Positions 1-56,463 of a stretch of DNA of 61,944 nucleotides are shown piece by piece. The stretch lies in NCBI RefSeq assembly GCF_001194135.2, contig NC_068990.1, positions 54,858,997 through 54,920,940 on the forward strand. Direction: 5' to 3'. This DNA comes from Octopus bimaculoides. Taxonomy: Eukaryota. Below the pieces are notes generated by a model. The model did no database searches. It was not told the origin of the DNA and worked only from the letters and a program-made list of their open reading frames with translations. How positions within the stretch are numbered: the first letter of the stretch is position 1; each line of letters starts with the position of its first letter. Made by a program: the position numbers and the translations under genes.

Positions 1-90
1 TCAACGGGATACACCGTCTGCAAGTAGTTGGGTTCAGCATATTATCCTCCATTTTCTAATTGTTACATATATATATATATATATATATAT

Positions 91-689
91 GTACAGAGGT
101 TTATTTTTGGCCTGGTATTTCTCCTGCAGCTGTCTAACCAGAAATATAGCATCAGTGGTGCTTTTCCCTGGCACAAACCCAGGCTGTATCTCATCTAAAC
201 TGACTCTCTCCCTAATTAGTTGGCCTATGACCCTCTCCGTGACTTTCATTACCTGATCCAAGAACTTGATACCTCTGTAATTATTTGTATCTAAAGCGTC
301 ACCTTTAACTTTGTAGCAGTTGACTATGGTGCTGCTACACCAGTCATTGGGTATGACTCTTTCGTGTATCACCTGGTTAATTATACAGGTGATTAGGCCA
401 TAGCCAACACTGCCAGATATTTTGAGCATCTCTGCAGTGATTCCTGATGGGCTGGGGGCTTTCCCTGTCTTCATACTCTTGATCACTTTATCTACCAAGG
501 TACTGTCAATTAAGATAGCTGGTCCCTCTGTTGGGTCGACATTCGGCAGACTCTCTTTCTCCCATTCATACTCTTTCTTGAGCAATCTTTCATAGTTGCA
601 TCTCCAAGCCTCTCTCTTTGCAGCCTCATTTAGTGCAAGTGAGCCATCATCCATGAGGACACATTTCTCTCCTACGACATATGAACGAC
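91..689 (-). mobile_element. RTE-clade LINE ORF2 fragment (linker and N-terminal RT), degenerate
   Basis: KTGKAPSPSGITAEMLK, DW..STIV.CYK.KGDALD..NYRGIK, GFVPGKSTTDAIFLVRQLQEKY; cut by (TA)n at 67-90. Confidence 0.9.
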
Positions 690-1478
690 AATGTTTTTCT
701 GAATCCAGTGTTGTCTGTGTTGGAGGCTCCAAGGTGTACCTTGGAAGTTCTCATTCACCCTTGGAAGCAGTTCAGCTTCCAAAGCATCACTAATGTATTG
801 CTGGGTGTTAATTTTAACACCCGGGGGCACAAAAACAAGATGAGATCTTCCTGTGACTGCCACAGCCACCCAAACGATAATGGACTGTGGATTTTGATGT
901 TGATTTATGAGTCTACCCTCGATGGAGCCAGATACGTTCCAGAGTCAGTCATTCTGGTGGTTTACTGTCTGTTTGATATCAAATTTCTTTTCATCAATGA
1001 ACACCAGGTTGGGCAGCATCCCTTCAGCAATCCAACGCAGGATAAGATGATTTCGCTCTAGTCTCATGGTCTTATAAACTTGAGTGAGCTTATGAAGGCA
1101 TATCATCTTGTAGAAGTAGGTCCTTAGATCCTCCTTCATCACACAGTACATTGATCTTCAGCTTATTTTTGCTGTGGTTGCCAGTTTTCTGACAGAACGA
1201 CAAGGATTTCACCATATGTTTTCTCTCATACTTTTGATAATCTCAGGTATCCACACTCTCCGTTTTTGATTATGTCCAGGTTGATCAGTGGTGGAACCAG
1301 TCTCTTGAAATTTCTTGACAATTTTCCAGACTATTGTTCAGTTAATTTTAAGCTTTTTAGCTAAAGCTGCATTATCTTCACCTCCTTTGTGGTGGGTTAT
1401 GATTGTATTTCGGTCTAAAGCCATTATCTAATTTATAAATCTGAATTTATTTTGTCTGAAACAAAAAGAAGACACACT
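690..1478 (-). mobile_element. Tc1/mariner-superfamily transposase relic (maT/DD37D-like), 3'-truncated
   Basis: ATG at 1424: MALDRNTII..HKGGEDNAALAKKLKIN*TIVWKIVKKFQETGST (HTH); VFIDEKKF...NHQND; LVFVPPGVKINTQQY; stops and frameshifts. Confidence 0.8.
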
Positions 1479-2068
1479 GTGTATATTTATTTATTTGTGG
1501 GTTAACAAGGCTACCTATGATTTCAGGTGGGAATAATAGCTTCAGTTGGATATTATAGTAGTCGTTTTCTCTTCTGATCATTAGTGATATATACATCCAT
1601 ACATAGCATTTGGAGTTGATGAGGTTATTGATGCTGCTGCTGTTATTAGTTACGCATCTGTACTTACTCTTTATATTTTGAGATGAATGTCAAGAAATAA
1701 TGTTCTTAGAATGGTGTTGAAGTAGTGTTTTGGTTGTTTGAGAGCAATTGAACATATAGTGGCAGGAACTCTATTGGCAGGAGTTTGCAGCAGCAATAAA
1801 CCATACTCTTCACATATGTAGTGGTTGTCACACATCTGTGCATACCCATGCAAACACATACACACACAATTATTTGTTGGTGACATGACAACCTTTAGGC
1901 TGTTGGATACGATGCAGTATTTGTTTTTGCCTTCTGAGCTCTAATTTCAAATTTCACCAAGATCTACTTTACCTTTCATCCTACTTGAGTCTATAAAAGT
2001 ACCATTTGTGTACAAAGAGATAATTTCTTTTAATGTATCTGAAAAGTGATAGGCTCTACATGTTTTAA

Positions 2069-2281
2069 CCCTTTAGCATTAAAACTGCAAATATCTGGCC
2101 CAAATATTCTCCCTGTTCTATGTTCAAACCAGCTATATCTAGCCTCTCAATTGCAATGTTATTCTAAAAATAAACAATCACATCGTTGAAATCTCAAAGC
2201 TACAAGATAATGCATAATTAATTCAAAACAATGTGAATAAATAAGCAATGTATTTGACAGAGTAATTTGAATGTCAAAGGG
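2069..2281. mobile_element. piggyBac-type MITE of about 215 bp; other copies 5540-5757, 21715-21935, 27509-27727, 51440-51616, 57744-57963, partial about 31830-32002 and 32520-32611
   Basis: TTAA|CCCTTTAGCATT ... AATG(C)TAAAGGG|TTAA termini, shared internal sequence, no ORF. Confidence 0.8.
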
Positions 2282-3618
2282 TTAAAATGTCCAGGACATA
2301 TTCAGCAATACAGCATTCTTCATCAGGATGAAGGCCCAAGCCACACCATGCATGTAACTGATTTTTTGCTATTTTCATTTTTATAGCTTAACCAGAGGAA
2401 GAGGACAACACCTATGATGTTTTTACAAGTCCTCTTAGATCAGTCAGAGAAAAACTTAAATATAAACCACAACCTATTGATTGGTCTGAATGATTTCATC
2501 ACAGTGAAATCTACTAGTGACCCAGTAGTTAGAATTAGCAGTCACTCTTAGGAGGGAGAATGCACTAGTGATAAATGAGAAGTGAAAGCAAAACTGGCAG
2601 ATGGAGAGAACAACAGAGATTATTAATCCATTATCTAGAAGAAACACAGATTTAGCCATGTTGTTAAGTTCATTTTTTAACCACATGATTTTGGGTTCAG
2701 TAACTATGTCTGATGTATTAGGTATGTTTTTTGTAGCTTCTGGTTAAACCTAGTCTTTGTGAAGTTGGGTAGACAGAACGTGAAGAGGGTCAACATAGAA
2801 ATTGGTTGGTGGAAACTGTGTGGCAGCAAACCATATAATATATATCATCATCATTTAACATCCGTTTTCCATGCTGGCATGGGTTGAATGGTTTGGCTGG
2901 AGCTGGCCAGGCTGGGAGCGATACCAAGCTCCATTGTCTTGGCGTAGTTTCTACAACTGGATGTCCTTCCTAATGCCAACTACTTTGTAGAGTGTATTGG
3001 GTACTTTTTGCTTGACACCGGCACTGACAGGATTACCAAGTACTTTGCAAAACAAAAAAGAAAAGGCAAAGACTTTCTCAATTGAAAATGGGGAGAAATA
3101 TTGAGGCAGGTGGGTGGAAGCGGTTGTTTTGTGCCAGTTGGGAGATTAATGGTGTAGAGGGACATAAATAGATGTCTTGCAATAGATACATAGTTTATCC
3201 AATTGGAAGGGAAAGAAAAGGATTAGAGAGGAATATAAGATAAGGAGAACAATAGTGAAAGAGGTGACCTCTATAATGCTAGTGCTACAACCCCCCCTCC
3301 AAAAAAAAACTACAACCATTGCACAGTATAAATGATTGGTATTTGGAAGAGCATCCAGTCATAGAAACCATGCCAAAAGGAAAATATTGGAGTAAGATGT
3401 CCTCAGGCCTGTTGGATCTTGCCAAACCACCCAGCTCTCACCAATATGGAAAGCGGATGTAAAATAATAATGATAATAAGGTTCTTCAAATGCAGTTGCT
3501 GCATGCAAGACTCACTCCCATGTGGGCCTGTACAGCTGCTGCAGCAACATCAGCAGCTAACACAAATTCTCCAGGTACAGATCTATTGTCTCTCAAGACC
3601 AATGGATGCCCATGCTGT

Positions 3619-3650
<32 letters not shown>

Positions 3651-3654
<4 letters not shown>

Positions 3655-3855
3655 CAGTCATTTGACTGCAGCCATGCTGGAGCACTGCCTTTAGTCGAGC
3701 AAATCAACCCCAGAACTTATTCTTTGAAAACTTAGTACTTATTCTATCAGTCTCTTTTGCTGAATTACTAAGTTATGGGGACATAAAGGCACCAGCATCA
3801 GTTAAGTGATGTTGGGGGGGACAAACACAGACACACAAACATATATGCACACATA

Positions 3856-3900
<45 letters not shown>

Positions 3901-4021
3901 NNNNNNNNNNNNNNNNNNNNNNNNNNNNNNGTTTCCATCTACCAAGTCCACTCAAAACTTTGATCAGCCCAGAACCATGTGGTTGGTAAGCAAGCTTCTT
4001 GCCACACAGCCACTCCTGCAC

Positions 4022-4023
<2 letters not shown>
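3651..4023 (-). mobile_element. tRNA-derived SINE family A (about 380-400 bp with internal (TA)/(TG) microsatellite); copies include 5057-5435(+), 8275-8683(-), 12284-12676(+), 14337-14620(+), 30572-30971(-), 34082-34302(-), 49235-49645(+) and many partials
   Basis: Head GGCGCAGGAGTGGCTGTGTGG (A box) ... GGTTCAGTCCC (B box), CCTTGGGCAAGTGTCTT core, tail TGACTGAAACAAG(TAAAAGA)n. Confidence 0.88.
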
Positions 4024-4059
<36 letters not shown>

Positions 4060-4063
<4 letters not shown>

Positions 4064-4365
4064 GGATCCCCTTCAGTCGTAAATAGCCATGGGATTGCAC
4101 CCAGAAAGTTACCCTCCGAGACACAAGTCCAGGCAAGGTTGTTTATAGAAGACCAGCAGTCACCCATGCATTCCAGCCTCCCCTCTCCACACCACAGATG
4201 CTATCCAAGGGAAAGGCGGCACCTGTGATGTTGCTGAGTGAACTGGAGCAACATGAAATAAAGTGTCTTGCCCAAGAGCACAACACACAACCTGGTCAAG
4301 GAATCAAACTCACAACCTCATGATTGTCAGCTTGATGCTCTAACTACTGGGCCATATGCTTTCAG
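4060..4365 (-). mobile_element. tRNA-derived SINE family C (about 310-340 bp); copies 11415-11760(-), 24985-25300(+), 32055-32372(+), 35655-35970(-), partial 46312-46470 and 54590-54715
   Basis: TGGCTCAGTGG ... GAGTTCAA.TCC boxes then GTGTTGTGTCCTTGAGCAAGACACTTTATTTC; recurrent body. Confidence 0.82.
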
Positions 4366-4570
4366 TGTTGTATGGTGACTTTTTAAACATGTAATTTATT
4401 CATTCAGTCAGACTGAAATAAGTGCTGGTCTGGTCTAAATGATTAATGAAATACTTTTGAAAATGGTGCCTCAGCTTGGTTGTCACCCAATCACTGAAAC
4501 CAGTAAAAGGATAAAAGAATATTTACAGTTTTGAAATGCCATTAATATTTTCCTTTCTTTCTGAATTCAG

Positions 4571-47490
<42,920 letters not shown>

Positions 47491-47863
47491 TGGAACCTTT
47501 TTTAACCACCTGTTTTGTTCCCCTACCCCATATTTTTTTTCAGTACACCACTCCCACTAAAAAAAAAAAAAAGGTCCATAAAAATATTTTTCCCTCTGTT
47601 AATCATCATCGTTATCATCATCACTAATATTATCATCATCACCAACATTATCATCATCATCATCATCATCGCCACCCTACTTATTTGCTATGCCAATGAG
47701 AGAGAAACAATTTTGTAAAAAGAAAAAAGACAAAAAAGTAAGAGAAACTCCCGCTCTCCCTACAAACAAATAACAAAAAAAGAAAATCCAATGTAAAAAA
47801 AAAAGAAAACAAATTCATCCAACTTTTTCTTTTTTCTAACTTTATTTTTGTTATAAATGTAAC

Positions 47864-47869
47864 AATAAA
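47864..47869 (+). terminator. Candidate polyadenylation signal AATAAA for the receptor mRNA
   Basis: AATAAA about 375 nt after the stop; A-rich context, so a longer 3'UTR is possible. Confidence 0.3.
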
Positions 47870-48228
47870 AAAATATAGAGTTAAGAGGGTTTAGATGGTA
47901 AAATGTCAGGTAATCAGTTGTGTAGGATTAGCAGTTTATATTTTGCACACCAGCACTGCACTGTACCCACAGCCAAGACTTTAGGATCTTACTGGGTAGC
48001 TAGATACTGTGTTTACAACCTACAGAGAAGTGAATGGACTCATCCTGTCTAGATAAAGCATAGTTGCCACAATGTGGATGGGTAGGTCTATTGCTTTAAA
48101 AAGTAAAGAGCACTGCTTTAAAACTTGATTGCTTTACTGGGTTAATTTGCAGTACCAACCAACCTCCCTACCCTAACCTGTAGGTACAGTCAAAAAGAGA
48201 TGGGTGAGTCCTGTGTTTTATATCGTGC

Positions 48229-48269
<41 letters not shown>

Positions 48270-48554
48270 ATAATATTAGGGATAAAATCCAAAATTACAG
48301 GTAAAAACTCAATATATATATATATATATAAAATAAGTTACAGGATTCATTAGAATTTAGGTATATCAACAAGTAGGACACCAGGAATGACTGGGTATTT
48401 GGTATTGAGATCACAGTTGTCATTTATTGGTATTATTACCATATGTGTGAGTGTGTGCATGTATACACTCACATACACAAATATATACACATATGTACCA
48501 AATCCAATATAAACCATACATCCAACACAGGGTTGGTTCCAGGTGTGGCATGTG

Positions 48555-48604
<50 letters not shown>

Positions 48605-49391
48605 TACCCACACACCTACGTATATTGCTATATATATTAGATTCTGTGACCCACCCACCCCATGGCTTGTGAAGGGAAGGTTTCAAGATTGCATTTTAGC
48701 ATATCTCATTTATAATATAAATTTCAAAAGGTTGAATTGTGACAATTGTTACAGGGTATATATTTAGGCACACAGTACACAATCTCATAAGTCTGGGTGA
48801 CCTTCATCATCGAAAGAATTGTTTGACTGAACTGTGAAGAGGTTTAACTTTTGAAACAAAAACTGATATGAATTTGACACAGAACTGCTTCATCACACTG
48901 TCATTTGTAAGATATCAGTAATAATATTATAACAGGTTGGTTGGTTGCAGAGTAGAGATGGATCGGTAGAATCAACAGAGCAACAAAATGTCCAAGGTTA
49001 ATAATTGCATCCTTTTAGGTTCTGACTTTGAATCTTGTTGTAGTGGAACTTTGCCTTTCAACTTTCTGGTAGAAAGGGTAAATTAAACAAAGTACCATTT
49101 GACTACTAGAGATTGATTTAATTAACTATACCTTGTACACAAAATTTTAGACTTCAAAGATTATTATTATAGGTGTGGTGGAAAGTCAGTGAAGTGTGGC
49201 ACAGACAACATTAATGTCCTTAAGGAATGCATGAAGGATGGTGTAGCTGTGTGGTAAGTAGCTTGCTTCCCAACCACATGGTTCTGGGTTCAGTACCACT
49301 ACATGATATCTTGAGAAAGTGTCTTCTACTACAACCTCAGACCAACCAAAGCCTTTTGAATAGATTTGGTTGTTGGAAACTGAAAGAAGTT

Positions 49392-49445
<54 letters not shown>

Positions 49446-52400
49446 TGTGTGTCTGTCTCTCTCACACCACCACTTGACAACTGGTGTTAGTGTATTTATG
49501 TCCCTGTAATTTAACAGTTTAACAAAAGGTACTGGCAGAATAACATACCAGGCTTAAAGAATAAATACTGGGGGCAATTTGTTTCATTAAAATTCTTCAA
49601 GATAGTGCCCCAACACATCCTCAGTCTAATGACTGAAACGAATATAAGAATAGCTTGCATTTCATTTCACTCCTCCCGTCCCTCCCACCAACTGATGTCT
49701 TGCAAGGCTGGCCTGGTGTCTGTGTAAGAATTCACTCCAAGTCATTTTGGTAATGCTAATAGTGTTGTCAGTTAGTTAGAAGTAAAGAGAACAATGAAGA
49801 AAGGATAAAACTTAGAAAAGAAAAAAAGCAGATAAGAATTCTGTGTTATCTGGTGTGTGTGTGTGTATGGGAGTGAGGAGTTTCCAGTTACTTAGAGTAA
49901 TGTATAAAACATGAACCAGATTTGGTCGTCTTTGAATTTGGTTGCTGAAAATGATTAAGAACCTGAATCTCTAAGAAAGCTACGCATTCTTGTAAACTTA
50001 GTAGGTTGGTTTATCCTTCCTTCATCCATTGATCTCCTTATTTTACTTCCTACTTATGATGTATAATATCTGTTTACCACACCTCCTCCTTTGTCTTTCA
50101 AATGCACACACACGCACACACACAGATACATGCTTATGTATAGCACACACACAGATATATAATACACATGAATGTATGTACATACAAACACATGTATTCA
50201 ATCGTGTGACTGGATCAAAGGAGAAGGCTTTGGAAAAATTGAGATTTCTGTGATTTTAAAAACGTTATTTAATATTTTTTTTTTATATATTCCTTACTCT
50301 CCAAGATTCATTCTTTGAGATTATTATTACCAGATTGGCAGAATTGTTAGAGCATAAAAAAAATACCTTGTGGTATTTGTTACCGCTCTTTACATTCTGA
50401 AATCAAATCTCTCTAAGGTCAACTTTGCCTTTCATCTTGTCATTGTCAATAAGTAAAGTAACCACTCAAGTTACCAGGGATCAATTTCTGGCCCTTATGT
50501 CTAAGGGAAAATGGTTTGGCTTCATCCTGAACCATTCAGTTTTTCTTTTTCTTTTTCTTTTTTTTTTTTTTTCTGAGATCATTCATATCCCACTGAGGTC
50601 AGCTTTAGCCTTTTATTCTTCTGGGGTCAGTGAAACACCTGTTAAATACCAGGATTGATATAATCAACTGNNNNNNNNNNNNNNNNNNNNNNNNNNNNNN
50701 NNNNNNNNNNNAAATTCTGCTGTAGTCAACTATGCCTTTCATCTCAGGAATTGATCTAAAACAGTAATCATGTACTGAAGTCAATTTACTTAACTATTAT
50801 TAAATAACCCATGTTTTGGGGAAAGGTTCAAATTTTATTTTTTTTAATATAACTAAACTAAATTAAGGGGAATTATACAGGGGTGTATTTACTGCTGTCT
50901 ATAACAGATATTCCAGATAATTATGTAATATATGCTTTGCATTTGTAAATGATGTGTGTGTGTATGTGTCCATCCCAGAATGTGGTTATTTTAAGAAAAA
51001 TGAAAAAAAATATCAAAGAATAGATGGTGTTGTTTATATTCCAAGATGTTAATATTTGATTTTAAATATTTAAAAGAGAAAATTAAAGAGATTTTAATTA
51101 CTTTTTAACAGGTTTTTTTTTTAATCTTTTTTATGTTGTTTTGTTGTGTATTTTTTTGTTTTTGTTTTTTTTTAACTGTTTTTGTTACTTTCTTATTAAG
51201 ATGAAAATTTAAAGCCTTGTTGTTCAGCCCTAAGTCTTGATTCAACAGATTTATGGTCAAAGGTGTTCCAACCCTAACCTTACTATCTGTTTTAATTTAA
51301 CCATAGTCTGTCTAGGAATACATACATTTTTCTTTAAAAACAAAAAAGACAGTAGGGCTGGCTTTGAAGGAGATTTGGTTGTTATTTTAGCAGATCATGC
51401 AACCATACAGCTCACTTTTCACCATCCAAATTTAATTAACCCTTTAGCATTCAGATTACTCTGTCAAATGTAATGTTTATTTATTCACATTGTTTTGGAA
51501 TTAATCATGCAGTATCTAGTAGCTTCAAGATTTTGATGATGTGATTGTTTATTTTTATAATGGCATTGTAGGATAAGTGTGAAAGGCTGTATATGACCAG
51601 TTTAAATGCAAAAAGTTTAAGGATGATTAAAAAACTTTACATTAGATGCTTTACAGTCCATATTAAGTTATACTACTACTACTACTACTATTACTACTAC
51701 TACTACTACTATGTGGTACCTACTTAAAGCTCAGCAGACTGGGTTGCCCAAAAGTATCTATCTATTTCTATGAATTAAAGTGTTGTACCACTGAAGTTAT
51801 GTATCAGCTGGTTGACTTCACCAGTTTCAAACTAATGAAGGCTCTCAGTGTTAGATGTGCTAGAAATAGGAACCCAATCTCCCTCTAATCACCACTCTAC
51901 CATATTAAAAAGAAAACAGTAAAGCATATAAGATTGTGTCTTAGAGATACAAAAATATGGCATGTACATAGCTGGAATGTGTGTGATCATAGGCCTGCTT
52001 AATTAGGAATGGCCTGGAACTATACCGGCTAGAAATCACAGCCAAATTGATCTTTTTGTGAGAAAGAGTGAAAGAAAGGCAGGAGAGTCATGGATGAAAT
52101 ACTTTTGATCTTGCTGGATCAGAAATGACCTGGGGGTAAACAACTTGTTGGTCAATGACTCCTCTAAATTACAAACATTAGATATTTCCAGTGGTATTGA
52201 TCCAAGGACCAAATGGATTACAGATCAGCTTAGGTACATTATTTAATAATATGTTCTTATATTGTTACAAAGAATTCCATAAATTTGTAAGCTTTGGCTA
52301 CAACATTAATCTTAGGATGGAACAAAATGTGAGAAATGTATTTGTAATTCAACTTGATACAGACTAACTACAATAATACTATTCAGCAAAGTTAATGACT

Positions 52401-53029
52401 TACAGTACAATCAACTAATATAGTACTAATACATTGCCTTTCTGTTGTGGCTTTATACAATGCCAATATATGTGTGTATTTGTATATATAATTTGAAGCT
52501 GTACATTTACTATCTCTAATCTCAGTTTTTTTTTTCTTTTGTTTTTGTACATTCATTCAGATGACAATTGAATGTTTGCAAGCAAGAAACTCAGAGTAGC
52601 AACAATGTAACTTTATCAGTGTTTGAATGAAAGATTGAATACACTAAAAACATAACTCTACTATTGATTAATTTTTACTGACATAAACCACCATAGTCTT
52701 AGAATGTTTTATTTGTACTGTTCATTTTTACTTGTTTTATATACATATTAAGTTCCACTGTGATAAGTACTGGCTTGTACTTAATGGGCAAACAATTTTT
52801 GTATGCTTTAGACAGGTTGTACTGAACATGTGCGTTTGTGTATTTTCTCCATGAACCACTACAGGGAGATATATTAAGCATTTAATTCCTATTCAGTCAT
52901 TAGTATTATGACAGTGTCTGTCATCACTGATCTACATACTTAACTCACAACTACCCTGACCTCCTAACTAGTAGTAACTTTTTTTTGTATTTTATTACTT
53001 GCTGGGTCTGGTGGGGTAAAATATAATAT

Positions 53030-53420
53030 AGACTATAGCCTTTTACAAGTCCTCTGAGACCGGTGAGATTGATGCTGTTGTTAATGTTCTGCTGAAACTG
53101 TTACAGGTCAATATCTGCAGAGATGGAGTTCTGGGGTGGAAGGACTGTATTGTAGAGGTTAATGCAAAAGGAGAGATAAGACCAACAAACTCCAGAAAGC
53201 AGACCACCATAGAAGTAGTAATTGTAGAAAAGGCAGAGACAGGAGACAGCACATTTGTAAACCAGAGGCTGGAAATGGTCTGTGAGTATTTATGCTAATC
53301 AGTTGAGATATCATTGCACCTAAAGAAGCTAGTGGTGGCCTGCTTCAGTAATTAGCATGTATAAACAGTTCTAAAATGGGATTACATTAGTTTGCAATGA
53401 GGAAGCAAGAAAGTCTTACA
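53030..53420 (-). mobile_element. CR1/L2-like LINE ORF2 C-terminal remnant
   Basis: Minus frame HFQPLVYKCAVSCLCLFYNYYF.G resembles LQPL.HRR.VA.L.LFYRYY.G, followed by an SF....LWN.LP-like segment. Confidence 0.55.
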
Positions 53421-55163
53421 TTTCATGCTGTACTCTTTGTCAGAGAATGAAATTCTCCAACAATAAATACATTTTTTTTCCTTCCTCATTCCTTATTTAT
53501 TCTGTACCATCATAAAACACTGCCCCAAAAATTAGATTTTCCCTACCTTCTTTTAAATTTTTTTTTTATGGCAGACCAGATTCTTCCACTTCTGAATGGT
53601 TTACCTCTCAATAGTTCAGTCAGTGTTTTTTTTAAGTACTGACAACAGCCCTGTAAACTTGATGGATATGTTGTTAGCTTAACAGTGTTGAGTTCAACTT
53701 TTTGTAGGTATACATCTCCATTGATGATGCAAATAGTATGTTTATCTATCTCTTCTGACTGCTGTTATTTTTCTCAGAATACAGATTACTTCTCTTCTAA
53801 CTTCCTGTTTTGCTCCCTTTTTCTGTTGCACTGTTGAGTTAAAATCTTTACATTCTGCTGATCAAAAGGCCCAACTCATTACCAAATGGTAACATGTGCA
53901 TTCAGTAGCTCTATTCTACACTCAACTTCTATGCCCAGTGTGGTTAGACCATTTAACTCTAGATTAGGCTAGAATGCAATCTGCTCATCACATATAGAAA
54001 AGGAACACAGTAAACATAGTAAGTATTAATGCTTTATATAATGTACACATGTTTTGCGAGATTGGCAGACCTCAGTTACATGGGCATAAGACCTAGTTAC
54101 ATGAAAATGCTGCTAGTCTTATTCATTGGCATTAATTGGCAGAATTAGCGCTCCTTACACAAACTTCCTGCACATTTCATGTCCTATCTGAGTCGTTAGA
54201 CTATTTACATTTCTGTCCAATTTGTAATCCAAAAGATTGCTACATCTTGTTTTTATGTTCTGTCCCTGTTCTTATTTTTAATCATCCTATTCTACCTCTA
54301 CTTCTAGCTATCAAACACTACTCAATATATTATCCCTCAAGTATTCAAAACCATGTTGTGATTTGTTGAGAGATGAATTATTTTATTGTCCTGTTTTTTT
54401 CATAAATGGTGGTCTTAAAACATTCCATTTCCCCTTTCTCTCTTCATTCTTAAATCTTTTTTTATTGCTGTGTTCAGTTTAGTTTCCTGATTTTGTCTTT
54501 GTCCTATCATACTGCACACTGTACACCTTTGCATATGTATGTGTATGCATGCATGTGTGTATATATATATGTGTGTGTGTGTGTGTGTAAAGGTACATGG
54601 CCTAGTGGTTAGAGTGCTAGAATTACAAGACCATGGTTTCAATTCCCAAACCAGAAGTGCACTGTGTTCTTGAACAAAACAATTTCACATTGCTCCAACC
54701 CACTCAACAGTAAATATTAACATTTAATTTCAGTATCTTAGTACTTTCAATATCAGCACCCTTGTCATATGATTACATCCTACAATCACTCAGAGCTATG
54801 ATGTAGTCTTCCAAAGTGTCTACAATTAACTGAGCAATACCTTCTCCATGTTTATTGCTGTATTTCTGTTGGCGGATATAAATTTAAAGAAACCCTGCAA
54901 TGGATATGTTGTTAACTTAACAGTGTTGATGGATATGTTGTTAGCTTAACAATGTTGAGTTCAACTCTTTGTAGGTATACATCTCCCCATTGATGATGCA
55001 AACAGTATGTTTATCTATCTCTGCTGACTGCTGTTGTTTTTTCATTCAAGAGTAATGTTGACTTGCCTATCCAGCAGGTTGGCATCATTCAAAAGGTATA
55101 ATAATGAGAAGAGCATTGTGACCAGCAGTGTACAGAAACATCCAACAGTCTGGTCAAAACAGT

Positions 55164-55219
<56 letters not shown>

Positions 55220-56349
55220 TGAATAAATGGATAGATAGCTGGCTTAGGGACTGTTATTTGCTCTGCAAAATATTAACTGCAGATATTGCTGCAAGAAATA
55301 TATCCTCATAAATGCTTTTCTGTCTCCTATCTTAGAATTTACCAACATGTTTTTTTGCACCCTTTTACATTGTGGAAACATTCTGTACAATTTTCTTTTT
55401 TTTTTAGACTTAGACAATAATGCATATTAGTATATTTTCTCAGAGTAATCCAAGCAAACTTCTCTCTTTCACTCACACACTTCACTTGATGCTGAAAGTT
55501 CACTCTCTTGCTACTCCAAGTTTTTCATTTATATATAATGCATAAAGTTGAATAACCTGAATGCGTAGTAAAGTGAATCATTTTTGCTTTAAACAAATAA
55601 ACTCTATTTCTTGTACTGAGTACTTTTACTCCTATCTGCACTCTCAAGTACATACACACATAAGAAGTTAATCACTCACTCATTACTACCTATTTTCTCA
55701 ATATAAATGAATTATATATCACATTTTTACTTCCAAATGTGAGTATTATATATATGTGTGTGCATGTGTGTATACATGAATAACTAAATATTTCTTCTGT
55801 ATCTATATACATTCCAAACAGACTGTACAGTATATATACAACAGTACAATTCTAATATGCAGTCGTACTGTCATCATCATTATCATCCTCATCATAATTT
55901 TCATCTTTAATCTTCAGTCTGTTCTTTTTATACCTCCTTAGACTAAATAGTCTACAAAAGAAAAGCCAGTTATGTCTGTTTTATTTCTATCTTGAATGTT
56001 GAAACAACAAGAACAGGCAAGCAAATATTGCTATAGACTGATATGTGATAAATTATACTGTTAATATGTAATGTGTTTTGAGATGATTATCCACAACACC
56101 ACCACCACATTGATGCTCTCACTTTAACAGAGGTAGAGGGAGCTTCGATGTGGTCACTTGACTTGTCCTTAAAATACAAGCCAAATCTCCCCTGCATCAC
56201 ACCCTGCCATAATATGATAAAAAAAAAGCAACACATTGGATGTAAATGTTGTCCAATATACACTATGCCAAAATAAAAGACAGGAAGATCACAGCTGAAA
56301 TGCCTTTCTTTGATCACTGGTCTGATACTAATCTCTTTTTCTCTCTCTG

Positions 56350-56463
<114 letters not shown>

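Noticed and set aside
1509-1536. ATYDFRWE, resembling the MRH YxFxW motif
   Set aside because: Immediately followed by TAA, with no open flanking frame or splice context.
2387-2493. Protein-like frame PEEEDNTYDVFTSPLRSVREKLKY after a pyrimidine tract and AG
   Set aside because: In-frame stops, no MRH motif and no compatible donor to join exon a.
53050-53281. Open + frame (SSETGEIDAVV...LEMV) bounded by ttttacaag and gtgagt, resembling an exon
   Set aside because: No recognisable protein, it lies after the receptor stop, and the minus strand matches a CR1/L2 ORF2 C-terminus, so it is probably a chance antisense frame.
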